Source: Asaia bogorensis (lineage in GTDB: Bacteria > Pseudomonadota > Alphaproteobacteria > CACIAM-22H2). From it: a stretch of 64,000 nucleotides of DNA. Numbering within the stretch: position 1 is the stretch's first letter; every line of letters begins with the position of its first letter. Location: contig CAMDLT010000020.1 of assembly GCA_945901855.1 (NCBI GenBank), positions 2,066-66,065 of the forward strand, written 5' to 3'. Below the pieces are notes generated by a model that saw nothing but the letters and a program-made list of their open reading frames with translations, made no database searches and had not been told where the DNA came from. The translations under genes were made by a program, and so were the position numbers. Of the stretch, positions 20,483-29,182 are shown piece after piece.

Positions 20483-20803
20483 TCAGCGCCACTTTGCGGC
20501 GATTTCGCGCGCCATGGCTGCAATTTCGTCGTCGCCAAAACCCTTGGCATGGCGATTCATGATTGTGCCCATGCGCCGGTCATTTTTGAAATCGAGCATC
20601 GCTTGGCGCAACGTCGCTTCGTCCTGACCCGCGAGGGCAGGGATGGCGCCTGTTGACCGGCCATTTTGGCCATGGCAGCCCGAACAAGTGGCAATCAACA
20701 CATCGGGCGCAACGGACGATGCGGTTTGAGCAGCGGCCGGGAGCGCGAGGTTCGAGCCAGTCAAAGCGACAAAAAGCGTTGCAATTTTGAGCGCGTGTTT
20801 CAT
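20483..20803 (-). CDS. fccA: Monohaem cytochrome c, flavocytochrome c cytochrome subunit-like
   Basis: 106 aa. Sec signal peptide and CSGCH haem-binding motif. Immediately upstream of fccB on the same strand. Confidence 0.7.
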   Translation of the reverse strand: MKHALKIATLFVALTGSNLALPAAAQTASSVAPDVLIATCSGCHGQNGRSTGAIPALAGQDEATLRQAMLDFKNDRRMGTIMNRHAKGFGDDEIAAMAREIAAKWR

Positions 20804-20878
20804 GGGGGGACCCTATCGCATTGGTTTTGTTATTGGGTAAAAGGGTACACTATGCCGACATTGCAGGGCAAGTACGCC

Positions 20879-21385
20879 TTAACTGAACCATTCGACCAGC
20901 CAAAAACCCAAACCTGCATAGCTTCCGTTTGCCACGAGCGCGCCTGCGATCAAAAGCAAAATTCCATCGACAGGGTGTTTAGAAAAACTTAACCGGACGA
21001 AATACACGACCAGGGCAAGCGCCAAGGCTGCCGGCGTCGCAAGCGCCATCGCAACGCCGTTTGGAATTGGCGCTGCGCCGAATGCAGCGCAAAATCCGAG
21101 GACCAGGGCAACCCATAGCGGCCGCAGGCGCCGTGGCCCGAATGCGCCAGTTGCGAGCAGCCCTGCACCGGCCAAGCACATTCCCGCTGCCAGCGTGATC
21201 CAGCCGGACGCTCGCGGCCAGTGCGCGCCGACAGTATCGAGAACGACAAAGGCTGCGCCGAAGCCAAAGGCAAGTGTCCCTGCAGTAACGGCCAATCGTC
21301 GGCTGCCTTGCGGATCAAGCGCCTGCAAGATCAAAAAAAAGAGCGGAACAAGTGGCAACGAGATTATGCCGAAATGCATCGACAA
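20879..21385 (-). CDS. Hypothetical integral membrane protein
   Basis: 168 aa, about 5 hydrophobic helices, no recognisable motif. First gene of the apparent fccAB operon. Confidence 0.4.
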   Translation of the reverse strand: MSMHFGIISLPLVPLFFLILQALDPQGSRRLAVTAGTLAFGFGAAFVVLDTVGAHWPRASGWITLAAGMCLAGAGLLATGAFGPRRLRPLWVALVLGFCAAFGAAPIPNGVAMALATPAALALALVVYFVRLSFSKHPVDGILLLIAGALVANGSYAGLGFWLVEWFS

Positions 21386-21496
21386 GCACTAGCCGGTGCC
21401 AGCGCAGGGCGCAAGACCGGTTCCGCGCGTTGACGGGTTGCCTGCGCAATGCCAGTGTCGCAACGTCAGTTTTTTGCTCACGAAGGGAGTCTTGAA

Positions 21497-22519
21497 ATGA
21501 TTAGAGTTGCACATTTGGCCGTGGCCGCGGCTTCGTTTGCGATGTTCGCGTCGAGTGCGGTTGCACAAGCGCCGACACCCGTCAAATTTGCGCTCGATTG
21601 GGCTCTTCAGGGCAACCATGCGGTTTTCACGATGGCGCTCGACAAAGGCCACTATAGCCGCGAAGGGCTCGCCGTTACGATGGATCGCGGCTTCGGTTCG
21701 GGCGATACGGTTACCAAGGTCGCGTCCGGGGCCTACGATATCGGTTATGCCGACCTCAACACCGTCATTCCGTTCAATGCCAATCCCGCCAATACGAACA
21801 AGATTACAGGCGTGCTGTTGGTGATGGACCAGTCGCTGGCCGCCGTCATTCTGCGCAAAGGCACGGTTGCCAATCCCAAAGGGCTCGAGGGGCTGAAGCT
21901 TGCGGCACCCGAAGCCGATGCCGGGCGCATGCTGTTTCCGGCATTTGCGCGCGCGCAGGGCATCGATCCCGCGCGCATCAATTGGCAGACCGTTACGCCG
22001 CAATTGCGCGAAACGCTGCTCGTCCAGCGCCAGGTCGATGGCGTGACCGGGTTCATCTCCACCAGCGTGTTCAACATCAAGATGGCGGGCGTGCAGCCGT
22101 CGGATCTGATGGTCTATCGCTACAACGATTTTGGCGTCGATCTGCTGGGCTCGGCGCTGATCGTCAGCCAATCCTTCGCCGAGCGCAATCCCGAGACGGT
22201 TCGCCGTTTTGTGCGCGCGTCGCTTGCGGGTGTCCGCGACGCGTTGGCCGACCCAAAAGGCGGCATGGCGCAGTTGAAGCAGCGCGACCCGCTGTTCAAT
22301 GAAGCCATTGAACTCGAGCGCTTCGAAATGGTGCGCGATCTGACGATGCTGACCGACAACGTGAAGCGCAATGGTCTGTCGGCCGTGCCGGCCGCGCGCT
22401 TGGCGGCGTCGGTGGCCACGGTCGCGGAAGCCTACAACGTCGCGGGCCGCGTCAAGCCGGAAGAGGTCTATACCGAGCGTTTCTTGCCGTCGGCGCCCGA
22501 ACGTCGCATCTCACCCTGA
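21497..22519 (+). CDS. NMT1/SsuA/TauA-like periplasmic substrate-binding protein (orphan)
   Basis: About 340 aa from MIRVAHLAVAAASFAMFASSAVAQA (signal peptide), with a GAAGGGAG ribosome-binding site. No cognate permease or ATPase is adjacent. Confidence 0.65.
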   Translation: MIRVAHLAVAAASFAMFASSAVAQAPTPVKFALDWALQGNHAVFTMALDKGHYSREGLAVTMDRGFGSGDTVTKVASGAYDIGYADLNTVIPFNANPANTNKITGVLLVMDQSLAAVILRKGTVANPKGLEGLKLAAPEADAGRMLFPAFARAQGIDPARINWQTVTPQLRETLLVQRQVDGVTGFISTSVFNIKMAGVQPSDLMVYRYNDFGVDLLGSALIVSQSFAERNPETVRRFVRASLAGVRDALADPKGGMAQLKQRDPLFNEAIELERFEMVRDLTMLTDNVKRNGLSAVPAARLAASVATVAEAYNVAGRVKPEEVYTERFLPSAPERRISP

Positions 22520-22563
22520 TCGGTTGGGCGGTTCCCCAAGATACTGCCGGATCGAACTGTTGT

Positions 22564-22602
22564 AACCCTGCGGCGTCGCAAGTGCGGCGATGTCGCAGGG
22601 TT
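22564..22602. repeat. Perfect 9-bp inverted repeat (AACCCTGCG / CGCAGGGTT, 21-nt spacer) between convergent genes
   Basis: Read from the sequence. No T-tract follows. Confidence 0.35.
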
Positions 22603-22645
22603 CGAGCGGACCAGTCGCCGCCGCCGTAGATAGCTGCCGCATATT

Positions 22646-23749
22646 TCACGTGCGTGCGGCAAGTGCCTTGAAGGCGGGAACGAATGCGCCGTGTTCGAGA
22701 TACTTCATCCCGAACAAGCCGCCGCAGACGATCGATCCAAACGCCAGCAGCGAGCCCAGCGCCAGCGTGGAGAGGCCGGTGACGCCTTGGCCAATCGTGC
22801 AGCCAAGGGCCAGTACGCCGCCCGTTCCCATCAAGGCTGCACCCGCCAGATGGCGCAGCATATCGTCGGTACCGGCAAAACTCTCGATCCGAAATTCGCG
22901 TGCCGTCTTGGCGGCGACAAATGCGCCGAACACGACACCAAATACGCTAGCCACGCCAAACCCGATTTTGGCCCCGGTCCAGGTCATCAGATAGATTAGC
23001 GTATCGCCGATCGGCGCGACAAAGGTGAACGAGGCAAGGGGTGACGGTTCGAAATCGTCGTTGCCCGCAATGCCGGTCGCGTACCAGCCCGCGACAGTCA
23101 GCAGACCGATGCCGATTCCGGCCGCAATGTTGCGCGGGCTCTTGCAAAAACTTGAATCCTTGAAGCAAACCCAAGCGAGGAAGGCGATGACAAGAACGCT
23201 TGCCGTGCGTTGTGCAAATTGAGTTTCCAGGCCGGTCGCGGTTACGATCAGCGCGGGCAAGAGTTGGGTCTGGGCACCCAGCGTTCGGAGATCGAGATTG
23301 GTCGGCTCGATCGTCGCAATTCGGCCCGCCGCGATCAAACCGCGTAAGGTCATGTAGGCGAAGAGCCCGAGCACGATCATCACCAGCAGACTTTTGAGAT
23401 TCCCCGCCCCCAATCGGACGAGCGTCTTGCTGCCGCAACCGCCTGCCAGCGTCATGCCGAAGCCGAACATGAGGCCGCCGACAATGGCGCCAAGCCAGCC
23501 GAAATTCGGCGTGGCATAGATCGTCTTGCCAAGATCGACAAGGCCAAGGGCGCCGAACGTTTGCGTGCCTGCGACGGCGACGGCGATCGCCAGCAGCCAG
23601 GCACGAAAGCGCCTGAAATCTCCCAAGAGGGCGATGTCGGAAATTGCGCCCATGGTGCAGAAGTTTGTCCGATGGGCAAGAACGCCAAACCCGATCCCGA
23701 GCCCGAAGCCCCACATCGCAACAATTTGGTGGACAGGAAGGTCGGACAT
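22646..23749 (-). CDS. yeeE: YeeE/YedE-family thiosulfate/sulfur-compound transporter
   Basis: 367 aa. Two internal repeats with conserved Cys motifs (MTLAGGCGSKTL; ALGCTIGQG), about 9 TM helices. Confidence 0.8.
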   Translation of the reverse strand: MSDLPVHQIVAMWGFGLGIGFGVLAHRTNFCTMGAISDIALLGDFRRFRAWLLAIAVAVAGTQTFGALGLVDLGKTIYATPNFGWLGAIVGGLMFGFGMTLAGGCGSKTLVRLGAGNLKSLLVMIVLGLFAYMTLRGLIAAGRIATIEPTNLDLRTLGAQTQLLPALIVTATGLETQFAQRTASVLVIAFLAWVCFKDSSFCKSPRNIAAGIGIGLLTVAGWYATGIAGNDDFEPSPLASFTFVAPIGDTLIYLMTWTGAKIGFGVASVFGVVFGAFVAAKTAREFRIESFAGTDDMLRHLAGAALMGTGGVLALGCTIGQGVTGLSTLALGSLLAFGSIVCGGLFGMKYLEHGAFVPAFKALAART

Positions 23750-23875
23750 TTGGGGTTTTCCAGCTTGGGTTCGACGGGTCTTTAGAAAAGCTCAGGGGTA
23801 TCCTGAAAATGTAGCGCTTGCTTGGTCGAGGGCTCAACTCGTAGGGTCTGCTCCTTCAACAAGGATGCATCACAT

Positions 23876-24103
23876 ATGTCGGTTACCGTTCTCGATCTCA
23901 AGGGTCTCAATTGTCCGCTGCCGGTTTTGCGGACGAAAAAAGCGATGGCGAGCCTGCCTGCGGGCGCGGCGCTGCAAGTGCTGGCAACAGACCCTGGCGC
24001 CGTCAAGGATTTTGAAGCCCTGTGCCTGACGATCGGTGCTAAACTTTCGAATGTCGCTGAACAGGACGGCGTCTACGTGTTCGATATTCAAAAGAGCGCC
24101 TGA
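23876..24103 (+). CDS. tusA: TusA-like sulfurtransferase
   Basis: 75 aa from internal ATG (MSVTVLDLKGLNCPLPVLRTKKAM). CPxP motif. Divergent from yeeE. Confidence 0.75.
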   Translation: MSVTVLDLKGLNCPLPVLRTKKAMASLPAGAALQVLATDPGAVKDFEALCLTIGAKLSNVAEQDGVYVFDIQKSA

Positions 24104-24117
24104 AACCGGTTCGTGGA

Positions 24118-25020
24118 TTGATCGACAGGAAATCGCACAACGAAGGCATCTGGTTGCTCGCTGCGTTGGCGCTCCTTTGGGGCGCCAATTGGCCTGCGAT
24201 GAAACTTGCCGTTGGCGAGATCGGCCCGTGGACCTTTCGTACAATTTGTCTTTATGTCGGCGCTGGCGGCCTATTTGCCGTGGCGCTTGTCCGACGCATT
24301 CCCATGGGATTGCCGCGGGGGCGTATCGCGGTTTTTGCCGCGACGTCGTTTTTGAACGTGACGGTGTGGCATGTGACATCGGCTTATGGCCTTACGTTGC
24401 TCGCGGCAGGGCGCGCTGTTTTGGTGGCATTCACAATGCCGCTTTGGGCCGCCTTGTTCGGCGCGTTGTTCTTCGGCGACAAGTTTACACAGCGCAAGGT
24501 CGTGGCCTTGAGCTTGGGGCTCGTGGGGTTAGGTTTTTTGGCGCTGCCCGCAAGCGATACGCTGGGCAGTTCGCCTGCCGGACTGGGGCTGATGCTGGCG
24601 GCTGCGGTCGGCTGGGGCGCGGGAACCGTGTGGCTCAAGGCCTCGCGCTTTGAAATGTCGGCCGTGACGCTGACTGCCTGGCAACTGGCCCTCGGCGGCG
24701 TACCGGTCATCGTTGGCATGCTGGCGCTCGAGGTTGCGGGTATCGGCGGCGGAACCGTGCTTAAAAACGACTCTCCGTCGCTGGCGGGCTTGGTTGGTTT
24801 GATCTATGCCGCGACTGTGCCCATGGTTTTCTGCAATTGGGCATGGTTCCGGGCACTGGAGATTTTGCCGGCGTCTCTGGCCTCGATCGGCACGCTGGCG
24901 GTCCCGGTCGTCGGCGTTCTGGCGTCGGCGCTGTTGCTGGGGGAGACGGTCGGCTGGTCGGAAATGATGGCGCTTGTGTGCGTCGTTGCAGCCCTTGCTT
25001 TGGCGTTGCTGCAGTTCTGA
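24118..25020 (+). CDS. EamA/DMT-family transporter
   Basis: 300 aa, 10 TM helices, duplicated EamA domains. Confidence 0.7.
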   Translation: MIDRKSHNEGIWLLAALALLWGANWPAMKLAVGEIGPWTFRTICLYVGAGGLFAVALVRRIPMGLPRGRIAVFAATSFLNVTVWHVTSAYGLTLLAAGRAVLVAFTMPLWAALFGALFFGDKFTQRKVVALSLGLVGLGFLALPASDTLGSSPAGLGLMLAAAVGWGAGTVWLKASRFEMSAVTLTAWQLALGGVPVIVGMLALEVAGIGGGTVLKNDSPSLAGLVGLIYAATVPMVFCNWAWFRALEILPASLASIGTLAVPVVGVLASALLLGETVGWSEMMALVCVVAALALALLQF

Positions 25021-25022
25021 CC

Positions 25023-25631
25023 TTAGTCGGCGACCACGGCAGCTTTGCGGGCGGCTTTCCGGGTTTGGTGCCGATGCACGAGGAAAACCAAGCCCGTTGA
25101 AACCACGAAGACGCCCAACATGACATAGAGGAAGGAATGGACGATATCGCCGATCATGGCGTCGAGCGCGCGTCCAAACAGATAACCGAAACCCGCAAAC
25201 GTGGATGCCCAGACGAATGCCGCGACGAAATTGAGGGCGGCAAATCGCAGCGGGTTGATGCGCGCGACGCCCATCGCAAATGACGCAAGGTTCCGTACGC
25301 CATAAATGAACCGGAACGACAGGATGAACCACGTATCGTAGCGCTTGAGCAGGTCGAGTGCGCCGTCAACGCCCGCGCGCCATTTGGGACGCTTTTCGAG
25401 CAGAGCGCTGCCGTATCGCCGACCGATCCAGAACCACATTTGGTCGCCGGAGAAACTTCCGAACCAAGCCGTGAGCAGCAAAACCCAAATATTCAGCGTA
25501 TCTTGGGCGGCAGCCGCACCGGCAAAAATGACGAAGGTTTCGCCTTCCAAAAACGTCCAAACAAAAATTACCGCGTAAATCAGGACGCCGTATTGTGCAA
25601 CGAGGCTTTGAACATCGGTCGAGGGTTCCAA
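25023..25631 (-). CDS. DedA-family membrane protein (VTT/SNARE-associated domain)
   Basis: 202 aa. DedA signature (GETFVIFAGAAAA...FRFIYGVRN). Confidence 0.75.
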   Translation of the reverse strand: MEPSTDVQSLVAQYGVLIYAVIFVWTFLEGETFVIFAGAAAAQDTLNIWVLLLTAWFGSFSGDQMWFWIGRRYGSALLEKRPKWRAGVDGALDLLKRYDTWFILSFRFIYGVRNLASFAMGVARINPLRFAALNFVAAFVWASTFAGFGYLFGRALDAMIGDIVHSFLYVMLGVFVVSTGLVFLVHRHQTRKAARKAAVVAD

Positions 25632-25745
25632 GCGACTGTCCTTACATCGAGATTGTCGGTCGTTTTTATGCTACAAATGGGCTATGACGCTATCATGTTC
25701 CGGTCTCGAAAAAAGATGCACGAACGCGATTTTCGGAGATTTGCG

Positions 25746-25994
25746 ATGAACGGTTATTCGGTTTTTGTTGCAATAGTGGCGCTTGGCTTGGGTATCGGAA
25801 TAGGTGCGCCGCCCGCACTGGCGGCCGACGATCCGCGCTCCAACAATGCGCCGCCAAAGGTCAATAAAGAGGCCGAAGAGCTCAATACCCGCAATCCGCG
25901 CGTGTTTCATGCGGGTCCCGGAAAGCCAATGGCAGGTGGAGTATGGGTTGCGCCGTCAAGCATACCCAAGAAACCCGCGGCTGACGCCAAATAA
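25746..25994 (+). CDS. Small secreted hypothetical protein
   Basis: 82 aa. Signal peptide MNGYSVFVAIVALGLGIGIGAPPALAADD. Start uncertain; earlier in-frame ATGs at 25695 and 25716. Confidence 0.3.
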   Translation: MNGYSVFVAIVALGLGIGIGAPPALAADDPRSNNAPPKVNKEAEELNTRNPRVFHAGPGKPMAGGVWVAPSSIPKKPAADAK

Positions 25995-25999
25995 TAGGC

Positions 26000-26413
26000 T
26001 TACGGCGAAGATTTAACCGGTACGGCGCTGAATGCAGGCGCCTCGGAGCACTCGGTCACGCCGCCCAGCGTGCGGATGCATCGATAGCGCGCATTGGGAT
26101 CGATTTTGGCGACCGGAAACTCGGGTTCGTTGAAGCGCGCCATTTGTTCGCAGATCAGACGTCGGTCGCCGGTTAAGAACATACCGTCGCAGCGTCCCGG
26201 CAAAAAATTCGGTCCGACTAAAATCGCGGCGCCAACCACGCCCGGCGTCACGATGCTTTGCACGTAAGGGGCAGCAAACGTGCTGACTTTGTCAGGTACC
26301 TTCGATAGCGGAGGGCTGCCGTGAACCGAAGGCAGTTTGGTGCAAGCCGCCGCGAATAGGGCAGCGCCAGCGACTAAACAAACGATCCGAATGGAGCGAT
26401 TTATCTTCAACAT
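26000..26413 (-). CDS. Hypothetical lipoprotein/secreted protein
   Basis: 137 aa. Signal peptide with a Cys shortly after it (LVAGAALFAAAC). Lower GC. Confidence 0.4.
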   Translation of the reverse strand: MLKINRSIRIVCLVAGAALFAAACTKLPSVHGSPPLSKVPDKVSTFAAPYVQSIVTPGVVGAAILVGPNFLPGRCDGMFLTGDRRLICEQMARFNEPEFPVAKIDPNARYRCIRTLGGVTECSEAPAFSAVPVKSSP

Positions 26414-26466
26414 TTCTAAAATTTATCCCAAATATATTAATGAATGATGAACATACGCTTGAGATT

Positions 26467-27246
26467 TCAAGATTCCCGTCGATAATCATCCAAATCTCTG
26501 AAGAATCTGGAAAAAGCCGATGCCGGTGTCACACCGGTAGCAGCCTCGAAGCGCACAACTTCTTGGAGCGTAAGCCGCTTCACGGGGGCAAAAAGCGTAT
26601 CGAAGATCGCCAAGAAATCGCTTTTGGCGAACTGAGCAACATCGAGACCATCGCCGATTTGGACATATTTGTTGGGGGCAAGGCCGATCGATGTCTGCTT
26701 GTGCTGCATGATGCGAAAGAACCATTCGCGGCGCGTGTCGAAGCGCTGGAACGATTGCGCAATCCGCACGAGCGTCAACCAGAAAATCGTCTGGGCGCGC
26801 GGATCCGAATAAAACGCGTCCCAACCAAAATCGTCGCCGCCTTTGTCGCGCGTTTCCTCCAGCACTTGCGCACAGGCGGCGTTCCATTCGCCTTCTCTCT
26901 CGCCGACCAATGCCTGGACGAAGAAAAAGAAATTGTGGAGCAGACTGCGGTCGAGCTGCGCGGACGCAAAAAAATCGTCAAGCGGATGCACGATCAAACG
27001 GCCGAACGCATTGACGCGACGATGCTGGTTCTGCGACTGGGCAATTGCCGCAACGATTTGGACGAAGACGGCGCGGTAGAAATTTTCGACTTCGCCGGCG
27101 TTTTTCATCGCATCGCCGATACGCGCGAGCTCGTCGTGGCCGACAGTACCGCCGTTTTTTGCGGCGGTTTCCTGGGCGGTCTTCACGAATGCGTCGAGCA
27201 TCGTGGTTGCCGCATGTCGGATCAGTTGGGGGCCTTTTGAAAACAT
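26467..27246 (-). CDS. Hypothetical protein (no recognisable family)
   Basis: 259 aa, cytoplasmic, codon usage coherent over its full length, visibly lower GC than the flanking genes. Confidence 0.45.
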   Translation of the reverse strand: MFSKGPQLIRHAATTMLDAFVKTAQETAAKNGGTVGHDELARIGDAMKNAGEVENFYRAVFVQIVAAIAQSQNQHRRVNAFGRLIVHPLDDFFASAQLDRSLLHNFFFFVQALVGEREGEWNAACAQVLEETRDKGGDDFGWDAFYSDPRAQTIFWLTLVRIAQSFQRFDTRREWFFRIMQHKQTSIGLAPNKYVQIGDGLDVAQFAKSDFLAIFDTLFAPVKRLTLQEVVRFEAATGVTPASAFSRFFRDLDDYRRES

Positions 27247-27351
27247 TCGGACAAGTCTAGACCACTTGGCGCCTCGGGGGGAAATGCTGCGAGGCTTCTA
27301 TCGGACGGATTTCTTGGCTAACATAAGGTTATCTCGGACGAGGATCAAAAA

Positions 27352-28026
27352 ATGTTGGAAATCAAACCAGTCGAAACGTCGGGTGGAATCGCTGTTCTGG
27401 ATGTCGGCGGCGACAAAGCGGGCCAAGCGACTCTTATTTGGGCCGACGACAATTTCTGCGAGGCGTTCGAAGGCGCGACCGTCGGCGCCGCCCCGTTCGG
27501 TGCGGACGCTGACCCGCAAGTGACGGCGGCCTTGGAGGGGTTGAAGCAGGGGGCTGTGGCACGTTTCGATGCGCCGACGGGCACGCTGTTTGGGCATCGT
27601 CTGGAAAGCGCCATCGGCATTGTCGGGCTGGGCGGCAAGCGTGTGCTGCTGGCGCTGGCAACCGCCCCGCAGATGCTGGGCCACACGGCCGATGCGCGTC
27701 TGGCCGAAACGCTCGACGCCGTGCCGGTCGCCGCGAGCATGATCAAAACGAGCGACGGGACGATTTTGTGGCTCAACGAAAATTTTCGGGAGTTGCTGGA
27801 CGGCAGCGAGTTCGATCTTCTGGGAACGTCGTTGGCCGACCATTTTGTGCTGCCCGGCGTATTTGCAACGCTGATGTCGGCAACAGACGCGATTGCGCCC
27901 TCCACGCCTGTCCCAACGCCCCTAAAGACGCTGTCCGGCATCATGACGCCGGTCGTTGCGACTGCAAAACGTATACGGTTTCGCGGTCACGACGCGGCGC
28001 TGGTGTGCCTGGCCAGCGGGTTTTAG
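27352..28026 (+). CDS. Hypothetical protein with an internal tandem repeat (PAS-like sensory fold suspected)
   Basis: 224 aa. Repeat ATLIWADDNFCEAFEG / GTILWLNENFRELLDG. GAGGA ribosome-binding site before the ATG. Confidence 0.45.
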   Translation: MLEIKPVETSGGIAVLDVGGDKAGQATLIWADDNFCEAFEGATVGAAPFGADADPQVTAALEGLKQGAVARFDAPTGTLFGHRLESAIGIVGLGGKRVLLALATAPQMLGHTADARLAETLDAVPVAASMIKTSDGTILWLNENFRELLDGSEFDLLGTSLADHFVLPGVFATLMSATDAIAPSTPVPTPLKTLSGIMTPVVATAKRIRFRGHDAALVCLASGF

Positions 28027-28034
28027 CGCGGGTT

Positions 28035-29105
28035 CTAGATCCCGGATTTGCGCGCGGCTTCTTCGAGTTCGTCGATCATCTGCATGCCCGGGACGACCTC
28101 CGAGCGCACGAACTCGAGGCGCTTGTTGGGGCCGCCGCTGGCGGTTGGAAACCGGTCGCGCCATAGCTGCATTTTGACCGACAGCCCGCAGAGCACGCCG
28201 CCGATCGAGCGGTGGTTCGAGAACACCATATCCTTCATGCGGCTGAAGCTGTCGGCGTTGATATCTTTCCAGAAATCGGCGCTCTTGCGGTTAAAAGCTT
28301 CGAACCGGCCCGTCAACGAGATGATCACGCCCGACATCGAATCTCGGGTCTTGTCCAGCATCTGCTTGGACATGCGATCGCCCTTGATCATCTGGTTGTC
28401 GTCGAGCGGCTTGACCCAGTCGAGAAAACTTTGGACCTGGGGCACGACCTTGTCGAGGCACGAGCGGAAATAGGCCAGCGACAAAAACGTATCGCCGTAA
28501 TCTTCGAGGAAGCGCGGAATTTCGGTCAGCGGCACGTTCAGCTTTTGGGACATCATGCGCAGATTCTTGAGCGCATCGTCGCGATTGGGCGCGGTGAGCA
28601 GCTTCATGATGTCCGAAACGTCGTTCACCTCGAAATCCGCCGTGCCGTAGATCTGCTGTATCAACGGATGGGTAAACACCTTCATGTGTTGCGTAAGTTC
28701 TTGGCGTTTGCCTTCCGAAAGCTGCAATTCCTTGTTGACGTCGATATTGAGAGAGAGCGAACGCAGCGCAACGCGCAGCGTGTAGACGTCGAAAGACGGA
28801 ATGGCGCTCAGATTTTGCAGCAGCGGCATGTCCTTGCGCAGTTCGGTCGCACAGCTTTGGAAAACGCTGTGCAATGCGTCGAGGGGAACTTGCGCCGATT
28901 TGTGGCCTTGGTATTTGTAGAGTTCGACAACCGAATCGAGCCGCACGTTCTTTATGAGACGCAGCCTGCGCAACCCCGGCGTTTCGAGCGGGATAATGCT
29001 GAGGGGCAAGATATGAAGCGCATCTTGACCCTCCGCATCGTATTCGGCATTGGCAGCTTCGCCTGAAGCAGGCGTCGGACCATCGATCTTGGTGCTTTGT
29101 TCCAT
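28035..29105 (-). CDS. Hypothetical protein (no recognisable family)
   Basis: 356 aa. Acidic N-terminus, soluble, lower GC. Immediately downstream of the cheZ-like gene on the same strand. Confidence 0.5.
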   Translation of the reverse strand: MEQSTKIDGPTPASGEAANAEYDAEGQDALHILPLSIIPLETPGLRRLRLIKNVRLDSVVELYKYQGHKSAQVPLDALHSVFQSCATELRKDMPLLQNLSAIPSFDVYTLRVALRSLSLNIDVNKELQLSEGKRQELTQHMKVFTHPLIQQIYGTADFEVNDVSDIMKLLTAPNRDDALKNLRMMSQKLNVPLTEIPRFLEDYGDTFLSLAYFRSCLDKVVPQVQSFLDWVKPLDDNQMIKGDRMSKQMLDKTRDSMSGVIISLTGRFEAFNRKSADFWKDINADSFSRMKDMVFSNHRSIGGVLCGLSVKMQLWRDRFPTASGGPNKRLEFVRSEVVPGMQMIDELEEAARKSGI

Positions 29106-29182
29106 GTTGAGCGCTTTTTACGCCGTAAGAGCCGTCAATACCAGCCCCGATCTTGGTCTGCGGTTGTTGGCGCGTCCGCGCA

